NCBI RefSeq assembly: GCF_963921235.1
Contig: NC_086100.1
Coordinates: 203,362,001-203,426,000 of the forward strand
Direction of reading: 5' to 3'
DNA: 64,000 bases
Source of the DNA: Mobula hypostoma
Lineage: Eukaryota
Shown here: piece by piece, positions 50,871-61,629 of the stretch
Numbering within the stretch: the stretch's first letter is position 1
Layout: each line of letters starts with the position of its first letter
Notes under the pieces: model-generated
The model's input: only the letters and a program-made list of their open reading frames with translations
What the model was told of the DNA's origin: nothing
The model's database searches: none
Program-made: the position numbers and the translations under genes

Positions 50871-52744
50871 CCTCTTACAACAGTCAGAGTTGTGGATGCT
50901 GAAGGGGGAAGACCTGCGTCAATGGAGTCTGCACTCAGCGCAAAACTTGTGTAATTTTTCTGACAATCCCTGTCACCACACTGATACTCGTTTTTATTCG
51001 CTACAATATCATCAGATCAGTATTAATTTCCCAGCACCTGTGGTAGGATTCGAACTCATGCCTTGACGTGTTAGTGAAGTGTGCCTGGGATCGGGACACA
51101 GTGGTTTATCTGCCAGTCCCGTGTATTGGTTGTATTGTGACCCTGTGCTGGTGTGTTCAGGGTCTGACATCTCCAGCTGACCGTGTGACAGTGTGGCTGA
51201 TGTGGAATAAACTTCAGTTCCCCTTCAGTCCGTTATTACAGACAATCCTTGCTTCAAATTATAACAATTATAACAATTGTGTTTCCTAAACAAGGATAAA
51301 TGAATCTTTGTAAGTTTTACCTTTATTAATGGCATCAATTGTTTCTCTCAGCACTGTGTTCAACAAATAGGGGTGAACGAATTTTTCCAACGTAGGGCCT
51401 CATCTGTCACTGTCATCTGCTGGACATCATCACTGTAAATATTAAACCACTGGTGATAAACTGGAATTTTGGACTATTTTACAAATCATAGAACATAGAG
51501 CAGAGAATAGTACAGCACAGTACAGGCCCTTCGGCCCACAATGTTGTGCCGACCCTCAAACCCTGCCTCCCATATAACCCCCCACCTTAAATTCCTCCAT
51601 ATACCTGTCTAGTAGTCTCTTGAACTTCACTAGTGTATCTGCCTCCACCACTGACTCAGGCAGTGCATTCCACGCACCAACCACTCTCTGAGTGAAAAAC
51701 CTTCCTCTAATATCCCCCTTGAACTTCCCACCCCTTACCTTAAAGCCATGTCCCTCTGAAATCCATACAGGATTTCTGTAAAGGAGCATGCCCTACCTCA
51801 TGCTTCCTTCTGAAATAAATAAAACGCAACTCTGATTAGACATTGACTTACTGTTCACATGCTGAATTTCATCCAAATCATTACAAGGTGTTGAAAATTC
51901 CCACTCCACAGTCACTCCCTCTCACGAACAATCAGAACCACGGGGTACATTACAGGGAGTGTTTCTGGAAATTAGACCATTACTGAGAGGATGAATCTCA
52001 CAGGAAAGTGAGGACAGGTTGTGCATTTTAATCCGGATAAGACGTCAGAATGATAACATGGAACAGTTTAAGATTAGTGATGGAATTGATTGCGTGCAGG
52101 TGGAGAAAATACCTCGAGTTATGGCTAACATGAGAGGACACAGTTTTAAGGTGCTTGGAAGTAGGTACAGAGGAGATGTCAGGGGTAAGGTTTTTACGCA
52201 GAGAGTGGTGAGTGCGTGGAATGGGCTGCTGACGACGGCGGTGGACGCGGATACGATAGGGTCTTTTAAGAGACTCCTGCATAGGTACATGTAGCTTAAA
52301 AAAATGGAGTACTGTGGGTAATCCGAAGTAATTTCTAAGTTAAATAAAAGTTCGGCACAGCATTGTGGGCCGAAGGGCCTGTATTGTGCTGTAGATGTTC
52401 TATGTTTCTATTTATGGGGAGACATTCAGTCAAAGATAAAACACAAGTTGGATTTTAAGAAATCCCACGATTAATTTAGTGACGAGGATGTGGAATTCAC
52501 TGCCACAGGAGTGGTTGCAGAGGAACAACAGAGATTGTAAGCAATGGGGAAACTGGATAAACAATTGCGGGACTAGGGAGTTCAGGGCACTGTTGCTGGG
52601 TGTGTTGAGTAGGTGAGAGGAGGATTGTGAAGCAGGGAAATTGATATACGAAGATGGACCTAATGGCCTGTTTATGATGGAGCAACACACATAAAAGTTG
52701 CTGGTGAACGCAGCAAGCCAGGCAGCATCTCTAGGAAGAGGTAC

Positions 52745-52780
52745 AGTCGACGTTTCGGGCCGAGGCCCTTCGTCAGGACT
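52745..52780 (-). ncRNA. Minimal hammerhead ribozyme motif
   Basis: AGTC-CTGACGA-A-GGGCC-TC-GGCCC-GAAA-CG-TC-GACT. Confidence 0.7.
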
Positions 52781-54154
52781 AACTGAAGGAAGAGTTAGTA
52801 AGAGATTTGAAAGTGGGAGGGAAAGGGGGAGATCCGAAATGATAGGAGAAGACAGGAGGGGAGGGATGGAGCCAAGAGCTGGACAGGTCTCGGCAAAAGG
52901 GATATGAGAGGATCATGGGACAGGAGGCCCAGGGAGAAAGTAAGGGAGAGGGAGAAGGGGTATAGAGAGAGGGACAGAGGGAGAGAAAGGAAAGAGAGAA
53001 AAGGAATGTGTGTATATAGATAAATAAATAACGGATGGGGTACGAAGGCACCTCCCTCGTTCCGTCACCTCCTTCCCCTCCCTCCCCTTTCTAGATCTTT
53101 CTGTCTCTGTCTCTGGAGACAGCTTATCCACTGATGTCTACTATAAGCCTACTGACTCTCACAGCTATCTGGACTATTCCTCTTCTCACCCTATCTCTTG
53201 CAAAAATGCCAACCTCTTCTCGCAATTCCTCCGTCTCCGCCGCATCTGCTCTCAGGATGAGGCTTTTCATTCTAGGACGAGGGAGATGTCTTCATTTTTT
53301 AAAGAAAGGGGCTTCCCTTCCTCCACTATCAACTCTGCTCTTAAACGCATCTCCCCCATTTCACGTACATCTGCTCTCACTCCATCCTCCCACCACCCCA
53401 CTAGGAATAGGGTTCCCCTGGTCCTCACCTACCACCCCACCAGCCTCTGGGTCCAACATATTATTCTCCGTAACTTCCGTCATCTCCAACTGGATCCCAC
53501 CACTAAGCACATCTTTCCCACCCACCCCTCTCTGCTTTCCGCAGGGATCGCTCCCCATGCGACCCCCTTGTCTATTCGCCCCCCTCCCACCCAGTCCCTC
53601 CCCACCGATCTCCCTCCCGGCACTTATCCTTGTAAGCGGAACAAGTTCTACACATGCCCTTACATTCCCTCCCTCACTACCATTCGGGGTCCCAGACATT
53701 TTAATTCCAGGTCCCATTCCCATTCTGATATGTCTATCCACGGCATCCTCTACTGTAAAGATGAAGCCACTCTCAGGTTGGAGGAACAACACCTTACATT
53801 CCGTCTGAGTAGCCTCCAACCTGATGGCATGAACAATGACTTCTCTAACTTCCGCTAATGCCCCACCTCCCCCTCGTACCCCATCCGTTATTTATTTATA
53901 TACACACATTCTTTTTCTCTCTCCCTTTTTTCTCCTTCTGTCCCTCTCTCTATACTCCTTGCCCATTCTCTGGACTTATCCCCTTCTCCTTACTTTCTCC
54001 CTCGGCCTCCCGTCCCATGATCCTCTCATATCCCTTTTGCCAATCACCTGTCCAGCTCTTGGCTCTATCCCTCCCCCTCCTGTCTTCTCCTATCATTTCC
54101 GATCTCCCCCTCCCCCTCCCACTTTCAAATCTCTTACTAGCTTTTCCTTCAGTT

Positions 54155-54190
54155 AGTCCTGACGAAGGGTCTCGGCCCGAAACGTCGACT
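54155..54190 (+). ncRNA. Minimal hammerhead ribozyme motif
   Basis: AGTC-CTGACGA-A-GGGTC-TC-GGCCC-GAAA-CG-TC-GACT. Confidence 0.7.
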
Positions 54191-55150
54191 GTACCTCTTC
54201 CTAGAGATGCTGCCTGGCCTGCTGCGTTCACCAGCAACTTTTATGTGTTTTGCTTGAAATTCCAGCATCTGCAGATTTCTTCGTGTTTGTGTTTATGATG
54301 GAGAATGGCATACAATCCCATGCGAAATTTATCCGAAAAAGTAAAGAAACAGTTAAAGTTTCCATAATCGGATGGAAACCGGATATAGAGGATAATTCTG
54401 ATGTGTGGTAACATTCTTTGTTCTGACTGATTGACAGAGAAACCCTCACACCCACCGCACCAGACACACTGACAGTCAGTGACTGGAACTGGGTGTTAAT
54501 GGCAGTTTTAGAAGATCTTTAAAGTAGTAATTACGGACACATTCAGCAGCTCTGTGCTGTGATCAAATTCAATAATTTCAGAGAAGATTGTATTCTGTCC
54601 TGGGATGTACAGAAGCCGTGGAAATCCAGTTTTGGGACAACAACAATCATGAATAGTATCGATTCTCTGGAGAAAAACAGTTTACAACCATTTGTAAACG
54701 CCGTGTGTATGAGAAACGCATCTGTTTTATATCTGCATTGTATTCTGTGTTGCGTGTTTATGATGGGAACTAGTCACGTGAGTGGGGCGTGGTTAAAAGG
54801 AAGGGAATAAGCTACGTATTTGTACTTTGCTCGGGGTAATTTTGAGCTGGGGATAGAAATATTTCATATTTTTTGTTGACCACTCCGTTGCAGCTGACTT
54901 TATGACTAATTACCCTGAAATTTCATCGCTTAAAGAATATCTTTGCTGATAAAGGATCAAATATATATCTTCCACATTTTGGAACGTCGTTATTAGAATG
55001 ATTGGAGGGCGCGTCATACAAGTATAACAATCTGTGCGAGGTCGCCAGCAGCGGCAATTGATTTGTTGGAATTGCTGCTGTGCTGTGTTTATTTCAAATA
55101 TACCACTGTTTATTTAGTGCTCTTTGACAGAAACTAATTGAAGTATAATC

Positions 55151-55441
55151 AACAGACATCAAAGTTGCTGGTGAACGCAGCAGGCCAGGCAGCATCTCTA
55201 GGAAGAGGTACAGTCGACGTTTCAGGCCGAGACCCTTCGTCAGGACTAACTGAAGGAAGAGTTAGTAAGAGATTGTCAGGACTAACTCTTCCTTCAGTTA
55301 GTCCTGACGAAGGGTCTCGGCCTGAAACGTCGACTGTACCTCTTCCTAGAGATGCTGCCTGGCCTGCTGCGTTCACCAGCAACTTTGATGTGTGTTGCTT
55401 GAATTTCCAGCATCTGCAGAATTCCTGTTGTTTGCTGTTGT
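55151..55441. mobile_element. Non-autonomous Penelope fold-back mini-element with two hammerhead motifs (55212-55247 minus, 55300-55335 plus)
   Basis: 116-bp arms at 55151-55266 and 55281-55396 with 1 mismatch, and a 13-bp TSD TTGAA(G/A)TATAATC. Confidence 0.9.
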
Positions 55442-55875
55442 TTGAAATATAATCCCTCAGATTGAGAAATATCACACTCTTTTTGATCCATCTGTTCCTT
55501 TAACTCCGTGATTTCCTTCTGAATTACATTATATTCTCTTGAATATCTCGAAGATTGTTCTCCATTTGATTTTGAATCCTCTCCTCTTCCTTCCTGAGAT
55601 CCCTGAGTAAACTCTGCTCTTTCTCAGTGAGAATCTGACGCAGTTCAGCAAATTGGGATGTGATGTGGGTCTGAACGCTGTGTGACTGTTCCTGTCGAAG
55701 GAAAGGTGAAGACTAATTTACTGTAGTACTGTGTTGTATTTCCTTATGACGTTAAGGTGACCATTCTGTCCATTAGAGTCCATGCTAGTTCTCAGAGCAT
55801 TCACATCAACGCCATTCCATAACATATATTTAAGGTGACCATTTGGTCCATTAAAGTCCATGCTACTTCTAGGTA

Positions 55876-56554
55876 GAAACATAAGCTGATTTCCCTCTAA
55901 CTCAGTGAGTGGGGAGTAGGGGGATGTGGAGAGTGGTGGGAGAGATACACGAGAATGCGATGGTGGCAGAGAAAGAAGGGGATGGAGGGGAAGAGAGGGT
56001 TAATGTGGTTGTGCGCTGTTAAAGCTTTTTTGACTTTGACGATAGCCTGTGTTTATCCAATTGAGTTGCAAGTCTGCAGAACTAAGATTTATTGTACTGA
56101 CCACAACCCCTCAGTAGAGAGATGATACAGCGGTACAGATGAGATAAATGTAGACGGGTGGGAAAAACCGTTCTGAACTAACAGCTCAGTTCTGCTAAGG
56201 AGAAACACACTTGTCTGCTACTGGATAGAAACACAGTCTGATTTCCCTTTAATTCAGAGGGTGCAGAGTGGTGGGAGAGATATGGAGAGAAGGTGAGGGT
56301 GGCAGACAGAGAAGGGGAGCGAGGGGAATGAGGGGGTTACAAGAATTGTGTGCTGTTAAAGCTTTGTGACTTGCAAGTCTGCAGTACTAAGATTACTGTG
56401 CTGTCCATAACCCCTCAGCAGAGCGATAATACAGTCGAGATAAGTGTGGACGGGTGGGAAAGAACGTTCTGAACTAACTCCTCTGTTCTGATAAGGAACA
56501 CACACACTTGTCTCCTACTGGATCCAAATACAAGCTGATTTTCCTCAAACTCAG
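55876..56554. repeat. Diverged ~300-350-bp tandem duplication (~2.1 units)
   Basis: (G/C)AAA.A.A..CTGATTT.CCT..AA.TCAG recurs at about 55877, 56228 and 56526, with shared internal blocks. Confidence 0.75.
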
Positions 56555-56609
56555 TTCCAGAAATGTGAACTCTCAGTGGTCTCACGGTAAAATAAATTAT
56601 TTTCCACGA

Positions 56610-57062
56610 TGACTATGAGGAGAGATTGAGTCGCCTGGGACTGTCCTCGCTGGAATTCAGAAGAATGAAACGAGATCTTATGGAAACGTAGAAAAATATG
56701 GAAGGGAGAGATAAGACTGAGGCAGGAAAGTTGCTTCCACTGGTAGGTGAGACTAGAACAAGCGGACATAAGCTTCAAGATTCCAGGAGGTAGATTTAGG
56801 ACTGAGATGAGGCGGAACAGCTTTTCCCAGGGATTGGTGAATTTACAAATTCTCTGCCAAATGAATCTGTAGATACAACCTCAGCAAATATGTTTATGAC
56901 AAGGTTGGATAGATTTTTCATAGTATGGGAATTAAAAGTTATGGTGAAAGGGGAGGTAGACGGAGATGATTCCATGGTCACATCAGCCATGATCTTATTG
57001 CGTGGCGGAGCAGGCTCGATGGGCCAGATGGCCTACTCTTGCTCCTATCTTATGTTCTTATA
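56610..57062 (+). mobile_element. CR1 3' fragment
   Basis: Degenerate YEERL..LGL.SLEFRRM text and a CR1 3' UTR ending TCTTATGTTCTTAT. Confidence 0.8.
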
Positions 57063-57169
57063 TCCCCGCCTAGATAGTCTAAGACAGCCCGAGTCCAGCC
57101 CGGATTCAGTATTCTCGATAAGGTTTTAACGTTAGCAGAGTCTATACTACAGATTCAAAGAGCTCAAAC

Positions 57170-57650
57170 CCCAGCTTATAATGTCCAGGCAACCGAAGTC
57201 GAGGGACCGAAGGGGACCAGCCCCATGCCGGAGAATTGGCATGGACCCCCTCTGAAATTGGAGTTGATACGGGATGTAACCTAATCCCGTCAGGAAACAG
57301 CTTGGGACATATTTGTGAAAGTTCTAACCCTTTGCCAGGTGATGTTCAAATGTTATTGAAAGTGGCGTATGGAACCACGTGGCATGCAGTACAAAGCGCT
57401 TTTGAACTCCATGGACGAAGAGAGGGAGACTGGGCACGAACCAATAATGACATTAATAATGTTACCATGGAAACGTGGTTAAAGGGACTGTGCAAGGCTG
57501 CCACTGATGGGGAAGCCCGTCAGCATAATGATTTCCGAGAGATCAGCAGGTGCATACAAAAACTGGGAAAAACACAACTGACTTTATTTTCCGTTTCCGG
57601 GACACATGGGAGTCTTCTGTTGGAATAGACTTGCAGGACAGCTCTGTTGT
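57170..57650 (+). mobile_element. Degenerate endogenous retrovirus gag (capsid) fragment
   Basis: WTPSEI..ELIRDV.PNP...NPLPGDVQMLLK. With one frameshift it reads CIQKLG[E]NTTDFIFRFRDTW, which fits the major homology region Q-x3-E-x4-hydrophobic-x2-R. Confidence 0.55.
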
Positions 57651-57904
57651 CGAGGTACAGACACGCTTGAACTGCCCAGCGACGCTGATTATCTATGACA
57701 CCTTCTTCTGACGTGTGAACCTCTGAAGAATTTACTTTTTACCGCCCTGTATACTGTACTGTCTTAGTTAATTTATTATAAAATAGTCCTTTCTGTACTT
57801 AGAGCAGAAACTCGTTCTTTAACCGGACACATCTATTACTGTTCAGAGGGTCTAGCGGCAGAGGTGTCATTGAATAAAGAAATGCCAAACACAACTCCTC
57901 ATGT

Positions 57905-58140
57905 CACAATCCGTCAGGTGGTCAGGATGTACAACCGCTTCTCTCTTCCCATCATCCTCAGCACAGTGTCCCCACGGCAGCGTGCTGAGACCATTACTGT
58001 ACACTCTGGTCACACACGACTGCACCGTCAAACACCTGAGTGATCACATTGTCAAGTCCGCCAATGATACAACACTGGCGGGGCTCATCCCCAACAACTG
58101 TGAGATGGCCTACAGAGAGGAGGCTGGAGAGTTCTTGGCC
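57905..58140 (+). mobile_element. Rex1/Babar RT fragment
   Basis: PHGSVLRPLLYTLVTHDC...HIVKSANDTTLAGLI.NN.EMAYREE. Confidence 0.75.
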
Positions 58141-58705
58141 TGGTGGCTGGCAACGAGACTCCAGGAGGGTATGTTGCCTCCCTGGTGCAAGGGTCAAGGA
58201 TGTCTCTGAGCGGCTGCAGGACATTCTGGAGTGGGAGGGTGAACAGCCAGTGGTCGTGGTGCAGATAGGTACCAAGGATATAGGTAAAAAACGGGATGAG
58301 GTCCTACAAGGTGAATTTAGGGAGTAAAGAGATAAACTAAAAAGTAGGACCACAAAGGTAATAATCTCTGGATTACTACCGGTGCCACTTGCTAGTCAGA
58401 GTAGAAATAGGAGGTTATTTCAGATGAATACGTGGCTTGAAATGGTGCAAGCGGGAGGGATTCAAATTTCTGGGGCATTGGAACCAGTTCTGGAGGAGGT
58501 GGGACGGGTACAAACAGGACGGTCTGCACCTGGGCTGGACTGGAACCAATATCCTAGGGGGAGCATTTGCCACTGTTGTTCAGGAGGATTTAAACTAATG
58601 TGGCAGGGGGACGGGAACAAGTGCAGAGAGGCAGAGGAGTGTAAAACGAGGGTAGAAGCAAAAAGTAGTAAGGTGAAAAGAAAAAGTGGCTGGCAAGCAA
58701 AGCCG
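58140..58705 (+). mobile_element. CR1 ORF1 esterase fragment
   Basis: RVCCLPGARVKDVSERLQDIL...VVVQIGTKD, related to the ORF1 at 10099-10830. Confidence 0.85.
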
Positions 58706-58719
58706 GGGGGGGGTGATTC

Positions 58720-59589
58720 TGTTACGTAACCGGCCACGATGAATATCAATCGAGTCAGGTTATATAAAAACAACCAAACGTTTATTGAACACGGATAAAC
58801 AATTTAAAAAAACGAAAACCTTAACCGGAAGTTAACCGTTATGCGGCCGTTCAACAAACAGCCTCTCGGTACTGGTTCTTAAAGCGATAGATGCGAAAAC
58901 AGTTCTTAAAGCTGTAAAGTCAAATACAGTTCTTAAAATGGTAAATTCGAAAGTCCAACAGATTTATACATTCAATTGGGAGAGACTTCTCTGGAGAAGG
59001 ATTTCTTCATAGACGCAATTTTCCTGCTGGTTCTGTCCAAAGGATTCACGATGAAGGAAATAAACGGCTTAAAACAACTGACCTTTATTTCTAGAGACCA
59101 AACCTTGCATGAACTACACTAATCTTTCCGCAGGAGTTATTCCCGATGCAGGTCGCTACTTCTTCAACGAAGTCTCAATAAGGTCGATCCTTTGTTAAAC
59201 TCCCGAACTATACCAACTTCTCTTAATCCTTCATATCCTGCACTTCGATGCAGTCTTCACTCTCCAATACTACTGAAAGGGTACATAAACAAATCTGGCA
59301 GAAATGGGTAAACTGCCAGTCCAGCACTTTTGTACCTTACAATAGAACGTAAATCTCCATTTTAAAAATGAAACTGCGTCATAAAGCAAATACGCAATGG
59401 AACGGAGACTCTGACTAACGTTCTAGCTGGAACAATAAACTGCGTCACTGGGGTCTTCCCTTTTATACCCGCGGTGAACATGTCATCACGTCACCTCACA
59501 ATGGCGGGAAAATTCCATCAGGTGACCTCCAAAAGACCATTACATCATTCTCACAAGAAAGTCACAAGATCTCATTGAGGTATGTAACA
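58720..59589 (-). mobile_element. Solo LTR (870 bp)
   Basis: TGTTAC...GTAACA termini, 4-bp TSD ATTC/ATAC, minus-strand TATAAAA (59467-59461) and AATAAA (58786-58781). Confidence 0.8.
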
Positions 59590-60800
59590 ATACCAAGATA
59601 GGCGGATGGGTGGGTAGTGCTGAGAAAGCAAGGCGATTGCAGCAGGACTTCGATAAATTAGGGGAAAAAATGGTTCAGAAAAAAGAGGGAAATTGAATAT
59701 AGTGTTGGGAAATGTATGATAATGCATTTTGGTCAAAGGAATCATAGAATATTCGGAAGATTGAGGAGGGATCTGATTGAAACATATAATATCCTAAAGG
59801 GATTGGACAGGCTAGATGCAGGAAGATTGTTCCCGATGTTGGGGAGGTCCAGAACGAGGGGTCACAATTTGAGGATAAAGGGGAAGCCTTTTTCGACCGA
59901 GATCAGGAAAAACTTCTTCACACAGAGAGTGGTGAATCTGTGGAATTCTCTGCCACAGGAAACAGTTGAGGCCAGTTCATTGGCTATATTTAAGAGGGAG
60001 TTAGATATGGCCCTTGTGGCTAAAGGGATCTGGAGGTATGGAGGGAAGGCAGGTACATGGTTCTGAGTTGGATGATCAGCCATGATCATAATAAATGGCG
60101 GTGCAGGCTCGAAGGGCCGAATGGCCTACTCCTGCACCTATTTTCTATGTTTCTATAGTGCGGACTATTACTTAAATGGAGAGAATGTTCAAACATCAGA
60201 GGAGCAGGGGGCTTAGGAGTTCTCCTGCAAGAGTCCCAGAAGGTTATTTCGCAAGTTGACTCTGTGATAAAGAAGGGAAATGCAATGCTAGTTTTTCTTT
60301 GAAGGGGAATAGAATATTTAGGCAAGGAGATAATGCTGAGCTTTTATAAGACAAAGTCAGGCGGTACTTGGAATTTTGCCAACGTTTTGGGTCACATCTC
60401 TCAGGAAGGAAGCGGGATCTCATTTAAACCTACCGTGTGCTGAAAAGACTAGATTGGGTGGTTGTGGAGAGGTTGTTTCATGTGGTGGGGGTATCCAGAC
60501 TAGAGGGCAGCCTCAAAATTGAGGGGAGACATTTGGAACAGAGGTAAGAAGGGATATTATTAGCCAGTGAGTAGTGAATTTGTGGAATATTCTGCCACAG
60601 GCTGCGGCGGAAGCTGTCTGTGGGTATATTTAAGGCGGTAGTTAATAATTTCCTGACCGATCAGTCCATAAAAGCATATGGCGAGAAGGCAGGTGTATGA
60701 GGTTCAGTGGGATCCGGGATCGGCCATGATGTAATGGCTGAACGGAGTCGATGGGCTGAACGGCCAAATTTGCTCTTATGTCTTATGGTCCTTCCAAGAT
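59590..60800 (+). mobile_element. Old CR1 RT/3' fragment with a young CR1 3' end inserted at about 59750-60156
   Basis: DTKIGG remnant; the insert is nearly identical to 13555-13960. Confidence 0.85.
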
Positions 60801-61052
60801 TCACCCTGAAACAACTTTTCCCGTCAGCACCGCTCCTTTGTTCACTGCGGGTAGACTTTAGGACCCGGGAAACTCAGGAAGCGTGGCCCCGCGACTGCTG
60901 CTGAATCCGCGGTGATTCTGCTGTGTTGACGGATGCGGTGAACGAGTTAAAGTTAATGGATTGATCATTCTCATCTCATATTTATTTCACTGTCTGTACA
61001 TTTATATTTACAGGGACTTTACTCCTGATGCTGGTCCCGGGGACCGACCAGT

Positions 61053-61627
61053 TTACAGAGCCGAAGCGGGACCAGAGCAGATTCTCAACCATTGGTTTCC
61101 ATCCCAGGTTGCGAAGAAAGGATAAAGTTTCTCCCTGAATTTATTCCCAGTGAAGGTGTGGAGATGGGACTTGGTCTCCGCGTTGTAAAATGAAACCGTC
61201 CCGGACTCGTAACTGAGATAAACTCCAACCCTGCGGGGGATGAGACAGGCAGCGATACAGGACCAGTTGGAGATTTCATCACTGATCACGACAGAATCCC
61301 TGTGCATCACGTCATGGGAGGTGAGTACACTGATCATGTCGTCAGCCCGCCTGATGACCCAGAATCCAGTGCTCGGACGCGGACTGACCACTCTCTTCCT
61401 CTCCACAGACTTTGCGGCGACTCCCAAGTACCAGCCCCGATTCACCGCCACCTCCCAGTAATGTCTCCCGGATGTGAATCCCTCCGATCCCAGCACACAA
61501 GCCCAGTTTGTGAATCTCCTCCCGGTGTCAGGGAGATCCCTCCAGTTCCCGGTCCATCTCACACTCTTCCGATCCTCAGACACCTCGAGACACCGATTAG
61601 CCGTTTCCACATCCAGGGTGACAGAGA
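61053..61627 (-). CDS. TRIM gene 2 terminal B30.2 exon (upstream exons outside the window)
   Basis: Acceptor CCCACAG, then an open frame VSVTLDVETANRCL...GRHYWEV...[11 protein letters not shown]...LYPFF...ICSGPASAL*. 575 nt, same phase as in gene 1. Confidence 0.88.
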
Positions 61628-61629
61628 CT

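Larger units (their letters stand above)
52683..54289 (+). mobile_element. Penelope-like element with inverted terminal repeat and 14-bp TSD
   Basis: TSD TGTTTATGATGGAG at 52669-52682 and 54290-54303. 52683-53045 is an inverted copy of 53874-54250. The body encodes the RT C-terminus and GTYPCKRNK, with GIY-YIG mostly deleted. Confidence 0.92.
51321..55691 (-). pseudogene. TRIM partial duplicate (exons 3-5 only), inactivated
   Basis: Exon 3 (55461-55691) has a 1-nt deletion giving TAA, a 2-nt deletion and a GT>CT donor. Exon 4 (51797-51809) has shrunk to 13 nt. Exon 5 (51321-51432) is 112 nt. I find no exon 1, exon 2 or B30.2 exon for this copy. Confidence 0.88.
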
